A stretch of DNA of 64,000 bases. It comes from Pseudomonadota bacterium (GTDB lineage: Bacteria > Pseudomonadota > Alphaproteobacteria > Rhizobiales > Hyphomicrobiaceae). The notes below the pieces were generated by a model that saw only the letters and a program-made list of their open reading frames with translations, did no database searches and was not told where the DNA came from. Within the stretch, counting starts at the first letter, position 1. The number at the start of each line of letters is the position of its first letter. The position numbers were made by a program, and so were the translations under genes. Below are positions 7,568 through 18,263 of this stretch, one piece after another. The DNA is taken from NCBI GenBank assembly GCA_018242215.1, contig JAFECG010000019.1, positions 547,994 through 611,993 on the forward strand, written 5' to 3'.

Positions 7568-7945
7568 TTATTCCCAGAGGCCCAGGTCTTCATACTGGCT
7601 TTTGGGAATTTCCGGTCCAAGCTCGTAATCGAAGGACGTGGCTGTCATCTGGTCCTTGCCGACGCCGCAGGTGAATTTCAATCTGTACCAGCGATGGTTG
7701 GCCCGAACGGCGCCGCCCTTGGCGATCACCGTCTCTCCGTCGAACGTTGCGCGGGAGAGAATGCTCGTTTTGAGGCGGTCGACCTTCTTCAGCTTCTTCG
7801 AGCGGTTGAGGGTGTCGATCCCGCGGAGGATGCAGACCTGATGCGCACGCTCCTCAGGATCAAGCCTCATCAGCGTCTGGTCCATCGAAGCGGCGGCGGC
7901 TGGCGCAGTCATGCCAACAAGAACGAGTAGAGACCAGCGCTTCAT
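7568..7945 (-). CDS. Exported small protein, DUF930-like
   Basis: It has an N-terminal signal peptide, MKRWSLLVLVGMTAPAAAAS. The body with conserved Cys (HQVCILRGID...YRLKFTCG) resembles the Rhizobiales DUF930 family as I recall it. Confidence 0.5.
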   Translation of the reverse strand: MKRWSLLVLVGMTAPAAAASMDQTLMRLDPEERAHQVCILRGIDTLNRSKKLKKVDRLKTSILSRATFDGETVIAKGGAVRANHRWYRLKFTCGVGKDQMTATSFDYELGPEIPKSQYEDLGLWE

Positions 7946-8245
7946 TTCCCCTCCGTCGTCGCGTGGCTATGGCCCGACCGACTTAATGCCCATAGCGGCA
8001 GGCGTCAAAGTCTTGGTGCCGTTCGCAAGCGCACATGATGCGATCCGTCTCACTCGGATCCGAAGGAGCGCCTCACGCGAATAGGAACGGCATGACCGTT
8101 TCGTGTTTTCGGCGTGAGTCGTGGGGCCAGATTCCGATGAACAATTTGTTTGCGGGGCCAGAAAAGTTCTTTCAGATCAATGGTCCGCCGCAAAGGCAAA
8201 ACGACCCTTCTGAACAATTTCGCGTTCCAATGCGTTTGGGCCATC

Positions 8246-9259
8246 ATGGATAAATCGATCGCCGCGATACATCAGGCCGCACTTGCTACCCGCTCCATCC
8301 CCGTCGCCGTACGCTACGCGATAACGGTGCTCCTGGTAGCTCTCACAGTTTTGCTGCAGTACGCATGGGGAGACAACGGAAGCAGCCGCTATCCGTTTCT
8401 GGCCTTTATTCCCGTCGTGTTCCTTTGCGGCACGTTCTTGGATCGAGGGAACGGTTTTTTTGCGACCGTTCTCAGCGCGATCGCATGTGCCTACTTTTTC
8501 CTCGATCCGCGGCAATCGCTCAACCTGCTGCATGGGGAGGACCAAGGTGCCTTCGTTCTGTTTCTCGTTATCGGCTTCACCATTTCCTTCGTTGTCGAGG
8601 CGTTGCACGTCGGCCTTGTTTCCCTTGCCGTCGAACGGGAAAAGGCAAATACGACGCTGAGGGATCGCGATCTGCTTCTCGACGAACTCTCCCACAGGAC
8701 TCGCAATGATTTTGCGAACGTGGTGACGTTGCTGAACCTGCAAGCGCGATCTGCGAATGAGGAGGCGCGCGAGGCTCTCATGTCGGCAGCGGAGCGCGTG
8801 CAAACGATCGCTCGCGTGCACCGGCGGTTGGAACTGCGATATGATCGCGTCGTCGTCGACACGAGGTCATACATCTCGGAGTTATGCGCCGACCTTCGGC
8901 TGTCCCGGCTGGCCATGCGGCCCATTGCGATCGATTGCGACATTGAGAGTCATTCGATCAGCCTGGAGAAGGCCGTTCCGCTGGGACTGATCATCAACGA
9001 GTCCGTCACCAATGCCGCCAAACATGCGTTTCCGGATCAGAGGCAAGGCAATATAAGCGTCACTTTTCGGCGCGAGGGCCAAACGTATAAACTCGTCATA
9101 TCCGATGACGGCATCGGTGGCGGCAACGTTTCGAACGGCGGCATTGGCAATCGCCTAATGGGGATGCTCGCGGCGCAACTCGGATCGACGCTTGAGATCG
9201 TGCAACAGCCTGCGGGATTGGCCGTTGCCGTGGATATTCCCGTGAAGACTGAAAAATAA
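8246..9259 (+). CDS. Membrane sensor histidine kinase (HisKA_2/HWE type)
   Basis: Track ORF 8150..9259, with the start moved to ATG 8246. It has four N-terminal TM helices (KdpD/DUF4118-like). The H-box is LSHRTRNDFANVV and the ATPase region is LIINESVTNAAKHAF...ISDDGIG. No response regulator is adjacent. Confidence 0.8.
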   Translation: MDKSIAAIHQAALATRSIPVAVRYAITVLLVALTVLLQYAWGDNGSSRYPFLAFIPVVFLCGTFLDRGNGFFATVLSAIACAYFFLDPRQSLNLLHGEDQGAFVLFLVIGFTISFVVEALHVGLVSLAVEREKANTTLRDRDLLLDELSHRTRNDFANVVTLLNLQARSANEEAREALMSAAERVQTIARVHRRLELRYDRVVVDTRSYISELCADLRLSRLAMRPIAIDCDIESHSISLEKAVPLGLIINESVTNAAKHAFPDQRQGNISVTFRREGQTYKLVISDDGIGGGNVSNGGIGNRLMGMLAAQLGSTLEIVQQPAGLAVAVDIPVKTEK

Positions 9260-9319
9260 TCTCCCGTATGCCCGCCTGCCGCCAGCCCTTGCGAAAAGGC
9301 GCGCGTCTTAAAATACTAA

Positions 9320-9607
9320 CTAATGAACCTTCAACTCCGAGCCGATCAGCCTGAGTTCGCGCGGACGGATCAATTTCGAATGGGCCACCGTGACGCGATA
9401 AAGCTTTCCCTCAAGCTTTGCAGTCCAGAAATCGAGGAAGGATTTGAGCTTCGGAAAACGCGGCGCGGAATCGTATTCCTGCCAAATATAACTCTGAAGA
9501 AGTGACGGATGGTCCGGAAGACGATAGAGGATTTCGGCGGTCGTCAGGCTGAAGCCGGCCAGCTGAGCCTTAAAACCGTTATCGCAAGACATTTCCCGTT
9601 CGGTCAC
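9320..9607 (-). CDS. Usg family protein
   Basis: The 95-aa product LTTAEILYRLPDHPSLLQSYIWQEYDSAPRFPKLKSFLDFW matches my memory of the alphaproteobacterial Usg-like family. Confidence 0.65.
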   Translation of the reverse strand: MTEREMSCDNGFKAQLAGFSLTTAEILYRLPDHPSLLQSYIWQEYDSAPRFPKLKSFLDFWTAKLEGKLYRVTVAHSKLIRPRELRLIGSELKVH

Positions 9608-9833
9608 GTAGCAATCTCCCTTTGAATTAGGTGATTGGGCGCCCTCCCTGAAATGACGATGATCCAGCGAGAATCGTTCCTTGTCTACGGAGAAGATTGG
9701 CGGAATCTGATTGTTAGCACGCTGATCTGCCGAGTGCTTACGGTCTTCGCTGCAGCGCTAAGCATTGCGCCGAATGGATGTGCACAAATCCGTCTCGCGA
9801 GAATGCCTAGCGCGCCTCGTGGAGTGCAAGGCC

Positions 9834-10481
9834 ATGCTTGAGGTGGTGCTCAAGAGCTTCACGACATTTTTCGCGACGGTCGGGCCGATCGAGGCCGCGG
9901 TCGTCTTTACGACGCTCACACCCAAGATGGCGGTTGCCGAGCGCGAGACGATCGCCGTGCGCGCAACGCTGATCGCATCTGCGATTCTTTTGTTTTTTAC
10001 ACTTCTCGGCGGACCGATACTCAATCAGCTCGGCGTCTCGATTGCGGCGCTTCAGACAGCGGGCGGCGTGATCCTTCTGATGATTGCCCTCGATATGATT
10101 TTTGCGCGTCCGGGCAGCTCGGTTAAATTGACAGCGCCGGAGGGCGCGGAAGCGCATTCTCGTGAGGACGTCGCAGTCTTTCCGCTCGCAACGCCGTTGC
10201 TCGCAGGACCCGGCGCAATGAGCGCAGGAATTCTGCTGGCGGCCAACGTAAATGGTCAGCCTCTGGGACTGGTGCTCGTCACGGCGGCCCTTGCTGCAGT
10301 GATGGTGCTGACGCTGATGTTTCTGATTACCGCCAATCAGCTCAATCACATTCTCGGCCTTACGGCGCAGCGTGTTCTGATGCGCGTCTTTGGGATTCTT
10401 CTCGCGGCCATCGCCGTCCAGGCGGTGTTCAATGGGATCAGTGCGTCGGGCCTTATTCCAGCGGCGGCAAAACTATCCTGA
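9834..10481 (+). CDS. MarC family (UPF0056) membrane protein
   Basis: Track ORF 9765..10481, with the start moved to ATG 9834 (MLEVVLKSFTTFFATVGPIE...). It is a multi-TM protein with the MarC-like N-terminus. Confidence 0.7.
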   Translation: MLEVVLKSFTTFFATVGPIEAAVVFTTLTPKMAVAERETIAVRATLIASAILLFFTLLGGPILNQLGVSIAALQTAGGVILLMIALDMIFARPGSSVKLTAPEGAEAHSREDVAVFPLATPLLAGPGAMSAGILLAANVNGQPLGLVLVTAALAAVMVLTLMFLITANQLNHILGLTAQRVLMRVFGILLAAIAVQAVFNGISASGLIPAAAKLS

Positions 10482-10607
10482 TCAGCGCGAACGCCTCCCA
10501 TTTTGAAATGCTGCAGACGTTAGGACGTATTTAACGCCCTGCTGTTTCAATCCCGCACAACCGTTGAGTTTCCGTAGCGTTCTGTTGCGTTGTCGAAGGC
10601 GTATCCG

Positions 10608-11015
10608 ATGTCCGCGTTTGCCATTCGTCGCCGGGCGGTGAAAACCGCTCGCGTAAGTTTTGTTCTTTTTGGTGCCGGCGCCGCGGCGCTTTGCGCTGGT
10701 TGTGCGAACACCAATACTCATTATGCCGCCACTGTCGCACCGGCAGCGTATGTCGCGCAGGGACCGTCGGTGCCTACGGAAAGCGACGGTTTGCCCGTAC
10801 AGGCGGCGCCCTCGTCGACGATCCGGCAGCTGCCCGATGATCCAACGCAACCCTTCAGTCCGAACTACGGCGGCGCCAATCCGGCGAGCACAATTCCGAA
10901 ACAGCCGACAGTTAAAGCTTCAAACGATATTGCGCCCGTCAGAGCCTCCATTCCCGACGATCTCCCGCCGAGATTTCGAAGGCAGCTCGTAGCGGCCGTG
11001 GATGCGGCAGGTTGA
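10608..11015 (+). CDS. Putative lipoprotein, Pro/Ala-rich
   Basis: The signal peptide has a lipobox: FVLFGAGAAALCAGC. The start ATG 10608 has GAAGG upstream. No family was recognised. Confidence 0.5.
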   Translation: MSAFAIRRRAVKTARVSFVLFGAGAAALCAGCANTNTHYAATVAPAAYVAQGPSVPTESDGLPVQAAPSSTIRQLPDDPTQPFSPNYGGANPASTIPKQPTVKASNDIAPVRASIPDDLPPRFRRQLVAAVDAAG

Positions 11016-11056
11016 ACGCGATGTCCACGTCGCGGGCGGTGTGGTAGGCAGGGCAA

Positions 11057-11596
11057 ATGCCTGGGCCCGTCAGCATTCGCCGATATCTCGATGTGAATCT
11101 GACGCCCGAACGGGTGAACGAGATCGATGCCATCTTTTTTGAATCGAGTAACACCAAGACCTTCGAGGACAACGCGGCACGTGCGGCGTTTCGTGAGCGC
11201 TGGCTTGGCCGCTATCTCGTTCACGATCCGAACTTCGCGTTCCTGGCGCAGGCGGCCGATGGCAAAGTCGTCGGATATCTTGTGGGCGCAATCGATGATC
11301 CGGCGCAGGCCGCGCGTTTCGGCGACATAAGCTATTTCGCGGAACTCGCTGAGCAGACAAAACGCTACCCAGCACATCTGCACGTGAACGTCAGTCCCGC
11401 TTTTCGCAATCAAGGGATCGGGGGTCGCCTGATGGATCGCTTCGTCGCCGCCGCCAAAGCCGCAGCAGCGCCGGGCGTACACGTCGTGACGAGCGACGGC
11501 GCGACGAATATCAGCTTCTACAACCGGAATGGCTTTTCGGAAATCGCGCGGGCGGGGAAGAGCGGTCGACTTGTGTTTCTGGCGCGTTCGCTGTGA
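11057..11596 (+). CDS. GNAT family N-acetyltransferase
   Basis: The acetyl-CoA binding motif is LHVNVSPAFRNQGIGGRLMDRFV followed by FYNRNGF. Confidence 0.8.
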   Translation: MPGPVSIRRYLDVNLTPERVNEIDAIFFESSNTKTFEDNAARAAFRERWLGRYLVHDPNFAFLAQAADGKVVGYLVGAIDDPAQAARFGDISYFAELAEQTKRYPAHLHVNVSPAFRNQGIGGRLMDRFVAAAKAAAAPGVHVVTSDGATNISFYNRNGFSEIARAGKSGRLVFLARSL

Positions 11597-11706
11597 CGAG
11601 CTTTGTTCGTCGGGAGATCGAATTCCTCTCCGGTCACCGACTGCATTACAAACTGGTGACCGGAAAGGTGAAGTTGCGGCTCCTGGGGGAGGAGCCGTGG
11701 GGATAT

Positions 11707-12234
11707 TTAATTCGGAAGGTCGGGCAGGCGCGGCGGGACGACGAAGCCGATCGGTTCGGACTTGGTGACCACGGTGCGGGGATCATCCTTGGTGCGGCGC
11801 GACTTGCCTTCGAACATGGCGCCCTGCTCGATCGAGAGCGACTGGTGATAAATGTCGCCTTCGACCTGGCTGGTCGTTTGCAACATCACGCGTTTGCCGC
11901 GAACGGATCCAATCACGTGGCCCCGGACGATGACTTCCTCGCCCGAGATGCTGCCGGTGACCGTCGCCTCTTCACCGACAACAACGTGACTCCCCTGGAT
12001 GTCGCCCTCGACGATGCCGTCGACCTGGACTTCGCCCTTGCAGATGAGATTGCCGGTAATTGTGAGGTCGGCGCCGATCACGGATACCGATTTGGGGCTT
12101 TCAGCCGTGGCGCGCGGGACCGAAAGAAAGGGGCGCGGCTGAAAGGCTGGTGAAGCGGAACTCGTGTCGGCTGCGGAGGCCGTCGGCTGAGATTTCAGGG
12201 TGTCGGCGTCGGAACGGCGGAAATTTGGCAACAT
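11707..12234 (-). CDS. Bactofilin (polymer-forming cytoskeletal protein)
   Basis: The beta-helical repeat region is VIGADLTITGNLICKGEVQVDGIVEGDIQGSHVVVGEEATVTGSISGEEVIVRGHVIGSVRGKRVMLQTTSQVEGDIYHQSLSIEQGAMFEG, flanked by disordered termini. Confidence 0.85.
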   Translation of the reverse strand: MLPNFRRSDADTLKSQPTASAADTSSASPAFQPRPFLSVPRATAESPKSVSVIGADLTITGNLICKGEVQVDGIVEGDIQGSHVVVGEEATVTGSISGEEVIVRGHVIGSVRGKRVMLQTTSQVEGDIYHQSLSIEQGAMFEGKSRRTKDDPRTVVTKSEPIGFVVPPRLPDLPN

Positions 12235-12469
12235 GTCGGACTTCCCTCTGACACAACTTAAGCAACAATCCGCACCCGAAACGACTCAACGCATCACAAC
12301 ATCGCTTTGCGACGAGCGCGTTTGATTCGCGTAGCATTTTTGCGGCGTCCGTCCACCGTAAAGCCAAAGTCTTTCCACCGGAAATTCTATGGTTTGCCGC
12401 CGCGGATTTTTTCTTCACGGAGAACTGTGGCGGAAGATCAACGATGAGACGAGATTCTCATCATTGTGG

Positions 12470-12937
12470 TTACATCTCGACCGTCCGGACCGCCTCCAGC
12501 ACCTCCTCGGCATGCCCGGGAACTTTCACCTTGCGCCAGCTTTTGACGAGCTTGCCGGACTTGTCGATCAGAAACGTCGAGCGCTCGACGCCCATGTATT
12601 TCCGGCCGTACATCGATTTCTCGACCCATACGCCATAAGCCGTGGCCGCCTCTTTCTGCTCGTCGGCGAGCAGCCGGATCGAGAGGCCGTGCTTGGATTT
12701 GAACTTCTGGTGACTTGCCGAACTGTCGGGCGAAATACCAATAAGCTCGGCGCCCTCCGCGGCGAAGGCATCAGCGAGGCAGGTGAAATCTTTTGCTTCC
12801 TGGGTGCAGCCCGAGGTGTCGTCCTTGGGATAGAAATAAACGACGACCACGCGGCCCTTGAGCTTCGAAAGGCGGACCTTGTTGCCGGTCTCGTCCGGCA
12901 GATTGAAGTCGGGTGCTTTTTTGCCGTCTTCGATCAT
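12470..12937 (-). CDS. bcp: Thioredoxin-dependent peroxiredoxin Bcp
   Basis: The product reads KAPDFNLPDETGNKVRLSKLKGRVVVVYFYPKDDTSGCTQEA, with the peroxidatic Cys in the T-x-x-C context. Confidence 0.9.
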   Translation of the reverse strand: MIEDGKKAPDFNLPDETGNKVRLSKLKGRVVVVYFYPKDDTSGCTQEAKDFTCLADAFAAEGAELIGISPDSSASHQKFKSKHGLSIRLLADEQKEAATAYGVWVEKSMYGRKYMGVERSTFLIDKSGKLVKSWRKVKVPGHAEEVLEAVRTVEM

Positions 12938-13102
12938 CTTGAAAGTGCCTTTCTTTTGTCGTTTTTGCCCTTAGTAGCTGACGTCACGCGAGCGGGGTGC
13001 AGAGGGTTTAGACTTTCCTTTGAAAGCGTTTTCTGTCCGTTCCCGGCTACTATACGGGCGACCGGGCCGCAATCGGTCCGCGGGGGTTTTTGAGGAGCGG
13101 AG

Positions 13103-16100
13103 TTGACGAAGCTGGCAACCGGCGGGCGGCCTGCCAATCGGCGGAACGCTGACCAGAGCGCGCAGCGGCACGCATCGCCACGCTTGTCGGTCTATGCGGA
13201 GCAGCATGATGCGCCGCAGACGCCTTCGCCTGAGCCGCTCCCTGAAACGGCGGTCGCATTCGGCATCCGGCATTTCTTTACCGGCTGCCGGGTCTTTTTC
13301 TATCTGGCGATGCCGCTCGCGCTTCTCGCGATGATGGCTGTCGGCATTCTTTACGTCCGCCTTCGACATGGGCCGATTGCGCTCGATTTCGTCGTCGCAC
13401 CGATCGAACGTGGCATCAACGCGGAACTCGTGGCCAGTTCGGTCAAGATCGACGGCGCCGAATTGCGCGTCGGACCGACGGGTGAGCTCGAGTTCCGATT
13501 GCGCGATGTCAGCGTGCTCGAGCAGGGGGGCGATGTCGTCCTGTCCTCGCCGCTTGCGGCGGTCAATATCTCTATGGCGGCGCTGGCGCGCGGCCGTATC
13601 GTTCCCGCCCGGATCGAGCTGATCGATCCGATCATCGCGCTTGCCTATTCCGAGCAATCCGGCTTCGTGTTCGAACGCGCCATTCCGAAACCCGTACCGG
13701 CTGGTTCCCAACAGGGCACAACCGCTCAGATGCCCGCGAGCGGCGCGCCGACGACGACGATTGTCGTCCCGACCTCAGGGGCAACGGGAACCAAGGTCAA
13801 CCTCGCCAAAATGCTCACCGAGTCCTCGCGGCGGGCACGGCAGCGGCTCGATGCAACCTCCTATCTGACCGAATTCGGCATCTCGAACGCGACCGTCGTC
13901 GTCGACTACGAAGGACAGCGAAGTTCCTGGCGGATCGACGAGGCGAGTGTCGATTTCGATCACGCGACTCGGCGCAGCGTGATTTCCGGACGCGCGACGG
14001 TCGCCTCTCCAAGAGGTCCCTGGTCGCTTTCGTTCCTGACAGATGAGAGCGAACAATCGGGGAAGATCGAGGTCAAGGCGACGGTGCGCGATCTCGTGCC
14101 ATCGACACTGGCTTCAGCCGCGCCGCCGCTGGCATTGCTCGGCAACTTCGAATTTCCGGTATCGGGCGATGCGACCGTCGATCTTTCAACGGTCGGAGAT
14201 ATCGAGGATGCCGATCTCGCCATTCAGATCGGGCAGGGGCGGGCGCGGCTTCCCTACATGGTCCAGCCGATGGACATCACGGCAGGGCTTTTCAAGCTCG
14301 CATATGACGGCAAGACCCGACATTGGGATCTGAAACCCAGCCCCGTCAAATGGGCGGACGGCGCCATCATGTTCACCGGGAGCATGGCCGACGTCGCGAA
14401 AGGTTCGGATTCACCGACATGGACCTTTGCTCTCGACGGTAAGAATGGGATTTTCGAGGCGCCTGAGTTCAACGTCCCGCCGGTATCCATCGATCGCTGG
14501 ACGGCGCGCGGCACGATCATTCCAAGTCGCGGTTATGTCGATCTCGCGGAATTCCGTCTCGCGGGCGGTGGCGGCGAGGCGACCGTGAAGGCGATGACGC
14601 AGGCGGGTCCGCACGGCCAAAGCATGTCGGCCGAATTCAACGTTTCGCCGATGCCCCTTGCCACGCTGAAGGCGCTCTGGCCACGTGCGGTGGCGACAGG
14701 AACGCGCGACTGGGTTGGCAAGAACGTCAGCGCCGTCGATTTCAAAGGCGGCACGCTTACGTTCTCGAACGGCAATGTCGGCGGTATCGAACCTGGAACC
14801 GTTCAGACGGAGACCGAGCGCGCTAGTGCGAACTTCGAAGCGGAAAACGCGGTGTTCACGCCGTTGCCCGGCATGCAGCCGATTACAGCCCCCACGACGC
14901 AGATCCATCTCGAAAACAATGAGCTTCAGATCGCTGTACCCGAAGGAACGGTCGCGTTGCCGGACGGACGTCAGGTGCCGCTGAAGAACGGCACAATGAC
15001 TGCCGATAATATCATGTCTCCACGCCCAAATGGCGAAATCGTCTTCTCGGCCGACGGCGATCTCGGACCGTTCGTCGAAGCCATCGGGCGGCTGCCCGTT
15101 CGCACGCTGCGTGAAGCTCCGCCTCTTCCGAAAGCCGCGGAAGGCAAGATCGATGCGCAGTTTCACGTCAAACTGCCCCTCTATCCCGGGGTGACGGGAG
15201 ACGACATGGCGATCACGGGCAAGGCGCGCGTCACCGATGGCCGCTTCGGCAAAGTCGCAGGACGTTTCGACATCCAGAATTTTTCGCTCAATCTCAATCT
15301 CACCGAGACCTCGCTCGACGCCAAAGGTGATCTGCTCATCAATGGCGTTCCTGCGAAAGTCGTCGGTCAGCGCCTCCTCGGGCCGGATGCAGGGCAACAG
15401 CCGCCCGTCAAGATCGTCGCGAGGCTCGACGAGGCGGATCGCACCCAGCTGGGACTCGATATCAACGACATGGTGCATGGTGTCGTGCCGGTCGAAGTTT
15501 CCTATCAGAAGGGCGAAAATCCCGAGCCCACGATCAAGGTGCACGCCGACCTGACGGATGCGGAGATCACGATCGACAAGTTGCAATGGCGAAAAGCTCC
15601 CGGGCGGACAGCCTCCCTCGATACCGATGTGATTTCCGCCCCATCGCGTGATACGGAACTGCAGAACTTCAAGGTCCTCAGCGATAACATCGCGGCTGAA
15701 GGGAAGATCGTTTTCGGGCCCGACAACAAGATCAAGGCATTCGAATTTCCCGACCTCAACCTCAACGTCATTTCGAAGCTCGACGTCGACGGCACGCGGA
15801 GCAAGGATGACTTTTGGACGATCCATATCAATGGATCGAACTACGATGGACGGAATTTCTTTCGTTCGCTGTTCAACGTCGGCAACGGTCCGGATCGTAA
15901 TGCCAAGTCGGCTGCAAAGGGCTCGCATATCTCGATCGACCTCGCCAATGTCATCGGCAGTTCCGATGTCTCGCTGCGCAATCTGAAAATGGAGGCCGAG
16001 ACACGGAACGGAAACCTGTCGAGCCTCGACGCTCGTGGAACGCTCGATGGCGGGGCGCCGCTGGTCGCGACGCTTGATCAATCGTCCGGATCACGCCGAC

Positions 16101-16885
16101 TGGTCATAACGTCGAGCAACGCCGGGCAGGTCATGAAGCTCGTCAATTTCTATCCGAACATGAAGGGCGGGCAGATGCGCCTCGATGTCGGGCTTGATGG
16201 CTCGGGACCGGCAGAGAAGACTGGTGTCCTGGTGGTCGACAATTTCCAGATTCTCGGCGACCCGATCGTCTCCGAAGTCGTGAGCAGCGCCGACAGCGGC
16301 CGGCCGGCTATCAGCGGCAATCGGACCGTCACGCGGGAAACGTTCGATTTCAGCAGGCTTAGAGCACCCTTCTCGGTCGGATATGGGCAGTTCGTGCTGC
16401 AGGAATCTTATCTGAAGGGCCCGCTGCTCGGGGCGACGCTGCGGGGCAAAGTCGATTTCCGGACCAAGCGCGTCAACATCGGAGGCACCTACATTCCGCT
16501 GCAGGGCCTCAACGGAGCGCTCGGGGATATTCCGGTGCTGGGGCAAATTCTTTCGGGCACGCAGGGCGAAGGCATTCTGGGCATGACGTTCGCGGTGCAG
16601 GGGCCGACGTCGTCGCCACAGGTTATCGTCAATCCGTTCTCGCTCGTGGCACCCGGAATCTTCCGCGACATCTTCCAGATGACATCGATGGATCCGACCA
16701 TCCAGGTCCGAGATGACGGACGGCAGGCGCCGGGTGCGAGTGCCGTTCGGGCGGCGCCGCCCGAAACCGCCGCCTCGACAGCCAAGTCGAAGAAGAAATC
16801 AAAGTCAGCGTCGAAGACGAAAAAGAGCGGGTCGAAGGCGGCGGCACAGGTCGACGGCTGGTCCTCGACGACGACCAGCCCATGA
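13103..16885 (+). CDS. Large envelope protein of the AsmA/YhdP-like family
   Basis: The 1260-aa ORF has a TTG start. It has an N-terminal TM helix (FFYLAMPLALLAMMAVGILYV) and a long beta-rich body. The C-terminal segment GGTYIPLQGLNGALGDIPVLGQILSG...GMTFAVQGPTSSPQVIVNPFSLVAPGIFRDIF resembles the AsmA-like C-terminal region. It ends in a Lys/Ser-rich tail. Confidence 0.65.
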   Translation: MTKLATGGRPANRRNADQSAQRHASPRLSVYAEQHDAPQTPSPEPLPETAVAFGIRHFFTGCRVFFYLAMPLALLAMMAVGILYVRLRHGPIALDFVVAPIERGINAELVASSVKIDGAELRVGPTGELEFRLRDVSVLEQGGDVVLSSPLAAVNISMAALARGRIVPARIELIDPIIALAYSEQSGFVFERAIPKPVPAGSQQGTTAQMPASGAPTTTIVVPTSGATGTKVNLAKMLTESSRRARQRLDATSYLTEFGISNATVVVDYEGQRSSWRIDEASVDFDHATRRSVISGRATVASPRGPWSLSFLTDESEQSGKIEVKATVRDLVPSTLASAAPPLALLGNFEFPVSGDATVDLSTVGDIEDADLAIQIGQGRARLPYMVQPMDITAGLFKLAYDGKTRHWDLKPSPVKWADGAIMFTGSMADVAKGSDSPTWTFALDGKNGIFEAPEFNVPPVSIDRWTARGTIIPSRGYVDLAEFRLAGGGGEATVKAMTQAGPHGQSMSAEFNVSPMPLATLKALWPRAVATGTRDWVGKNVSAVDFKGGTLTFSNGNVGGIEPGTVQTETERASANFEAENAVFTPLPGMQPITAPTTQIHLENNELQIAVPEGTVALPDGRQVPLKNGTMTADNIMSPRPNGEIVFSADGDLGPFVEAIGRLPVRTLREAPPLPKAAEGKIDAQFHVKLPLYPGVTGDDMAITGKARVTDGRFGKVAGRFDIQNFSLNLNLTETSLDAKGDLLINGVPAKVVGQRLLGPDAGQQPPVKIVARLDEADRTQLGLDINDMVHGVVPVEVSYQKGENPEPTIKVHADLTDAEITIDKLQWRKAPGRTASLDTDVISAPSRDTELQNFKVLSDNIAAEGKIVFGPDNKIKAFEFPDLNLNVISKLDVDGTRSKDDFWTIHINGSNYDGRNFFRSLFNVGNGPDRNAKSAAKGSHISIDLANVIGSSDVSLRNLKMEAETRNGNLSSLDARGTLDGGAPLVATLDQSSGSRRLVITSSNAGQVMKLVNFYPNMKGGQMRLDVGLDGSGPAEKTGVLVVDNFQILGDPIVSEVVSSADSGRPAISGNRTVTRETFDFSRLRAPFSVGYGQFVLQESYLKGPLLGATLRGKVDFRTKRVNIGGTYIPLQGLNGALGDIPVLGQILSGTQGEGILGMTFAVQGPTSSPQVIVNPFSLVAPGIFRDIFQMTSMDPTIQVRDDGRQAPGASAVRAAPPETAASTAKSKKKSKSASKTKKSGSKAAAQVDGWSSTTTSP

Positions 16886-16895
16886 GGGTCGCGGC

Positions 16896-18152
16896 CTAGA
16901 CCGGCTTCAGAAGCACGTGCTTCTTTTTGCCGAGCGAAAGTTTGATGACGCCGCTTTTGAGCACGTCGGCTGCCGTCAAATTCGCCTTGTCGCTCGAGAC
17001 TGCCTGATCGTTGACCTTGAGACCGCCTCCCTGGATCTGCCGGCGCGCCTCGCTGTTCGAGGCGACGAGGCCGGATTTAACGAAGGCGGTCAGAACGCCG
17101 ATGCCGGAAGCGAGTTCGGCGCCCGTGATTTCCACCGTCGGAAGATCTGCGGCGAGCGCACCTTGCTCGAATGTTTTGCGCGCCGTTTCGGCGGCAGCGT
17201 CGGCTTTCTCGCGGCCGTGGAGAAGCGCAGTCGCCTCGGTCGCCAGCAGCTTTTTGGCTTCGTTAATCTCGGAGCCCGAAAGCTTTTCGAGCTTGGCGAT
17301 CTCGTCGAGCGGGAGAAAAGTGAAAAGCTTCAGGAAGCGCGAGACATCGGCGTCTTCCGTGTTCCGCCAGAACTGCCAGTAGTCGTAAGCGGAGAGCTGC
17401 GCTTCGTTGAGCCAGATCGCGCCGGCTGCAGTCTTTCCCATCTTGGCGCCGGACGCCGTCGTCAGCAGCGGGCAGGTCAGCGCATAGAGCTGATCCTTCA
17501 CGCCCATGCGGCGGCCGAGATCGATACCGGTAACGATGTTGCCCCATTGGTCGGAGCCGCCCATCTGGAGATTGCAGCCGTAACGGCGGTTCAGTTCGAC
17601 GAAGTCGTAGGCCTGCAGCAGCATGTAGTTGAACTCGATGAATGACAGCTCCTGCTCGCGCTCAAGGCGGAGTTTCGCGCTGTCCATCGTCAGCATGCGG
17701 TTGACCGAGAAATGACGGCCGACGTCGCGCAGGAAATCGATATAGTTCAAAGGAGCGAGCCATTCGGCGTTGTCGACCATCATGGCATCCGACGCCGTGT
17801 CGCCGAACGTCAGAAATTTCGAGAAGACCTGCCTGATGCCTTCCTTATTGGCCTCGATCTCCGCGATCGAGCGCATCTGGCGCGTCTCGTCCTTGCCCGA
17901 AGGATCGCCGACACGGGTCGTGCCGCCGCCCATCAGCGCAATCGGCTTGCCGCCGAGCTTCTGCAACCAGGTCAGCATCATGATCGAGATGAGCGAACCG
18001 ACGTGCAACGACGGCGCGGTGCAATCGTAACCGACATAGGCGACGACGCGCCCCTCGCCCGCCAGCTTGTCCAAGCCTTCGATATCCGAGCACTGGTGAA
18101 AAAAGCCACGCTCAGTCATGGTCTTGAGAAATTCGGATTTCGGTGTCGTCAT
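16896..18152 (-). CDS. tyrS: Tyrosine--tRNA ligase
   Basis: The class I motifs are HVGSL (HIGH) and KMGKT (KMSKS). A C-terminal S4-like domain is present, and the 418-aa length fits TyrS. Confidence 0.95.
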   Translation of the reverse strand: MTTPKSEFLKTMTERGFFHQCSDIEGLDKLAGEGRVVAYVGYDCTAPSLHVGSLISIMMLTWLQKLGGKPIALMGGGTTRVGDPSGKDETRQMRSIAEIEANKEGIRQVFSKFLTFGDTASDAMMVDNAEWLAPLNYIDFLRDVGRHFSVNRMLTMDSAKLRLEREQELSFIEFNYMLLQAYDFVELNRRYGCNLQMGGSDQWGNIVTGIDLGRRMGVKDQLYALTCPLLTTASGAKMGKTAAGAIWLNEAQLSAYDYWQFWRNTEDADVSRFLKLFTFLPLDEIAKLEKLSGSEINEAKKLLATEATALLHGREKADAAAETARKTFEQGALAADLPTVEITGAELASGIGVLTAFVKSGLVASNSEARRQIQGGGLKVNDQAVSSDKANLTAADVLKSGVIKLSLGKKKHVLLKPV

Positions 18153-18263
18153 CGCAATTCAGGCTTTCGCTTCGGTCTTCGCGGGTTATGTTTCTTGGAC
18201 GGTGGTGCTCGATGGTTTGCGGCTGCGCCGCGGGGCGGCGGCACCTTGCACGGGAAGGTCGTG

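Noticed and set aside
12443-12462. Hairpin gatgaga-cgagat-tctcatc just downstream of bcp, considered as a terminator.
   Set aside because: The stem is only 7 bp and AT-rich, with no clear U-run on the bcp strand. It may still terminate weakly, but the evidence is not strong enough to list it as a feature.
17712-18263. Upstream 184 codons of the anmK ORF. The similar long 5' extensions of the clpS (41532), ruvX (63982), rpmG (51885) and topA (58274) ORFs belong here too.
   Set aside because: The extensions overlap neighbouring genes or lack similarity to the families. Conserved N-termini begin at internal start codons.
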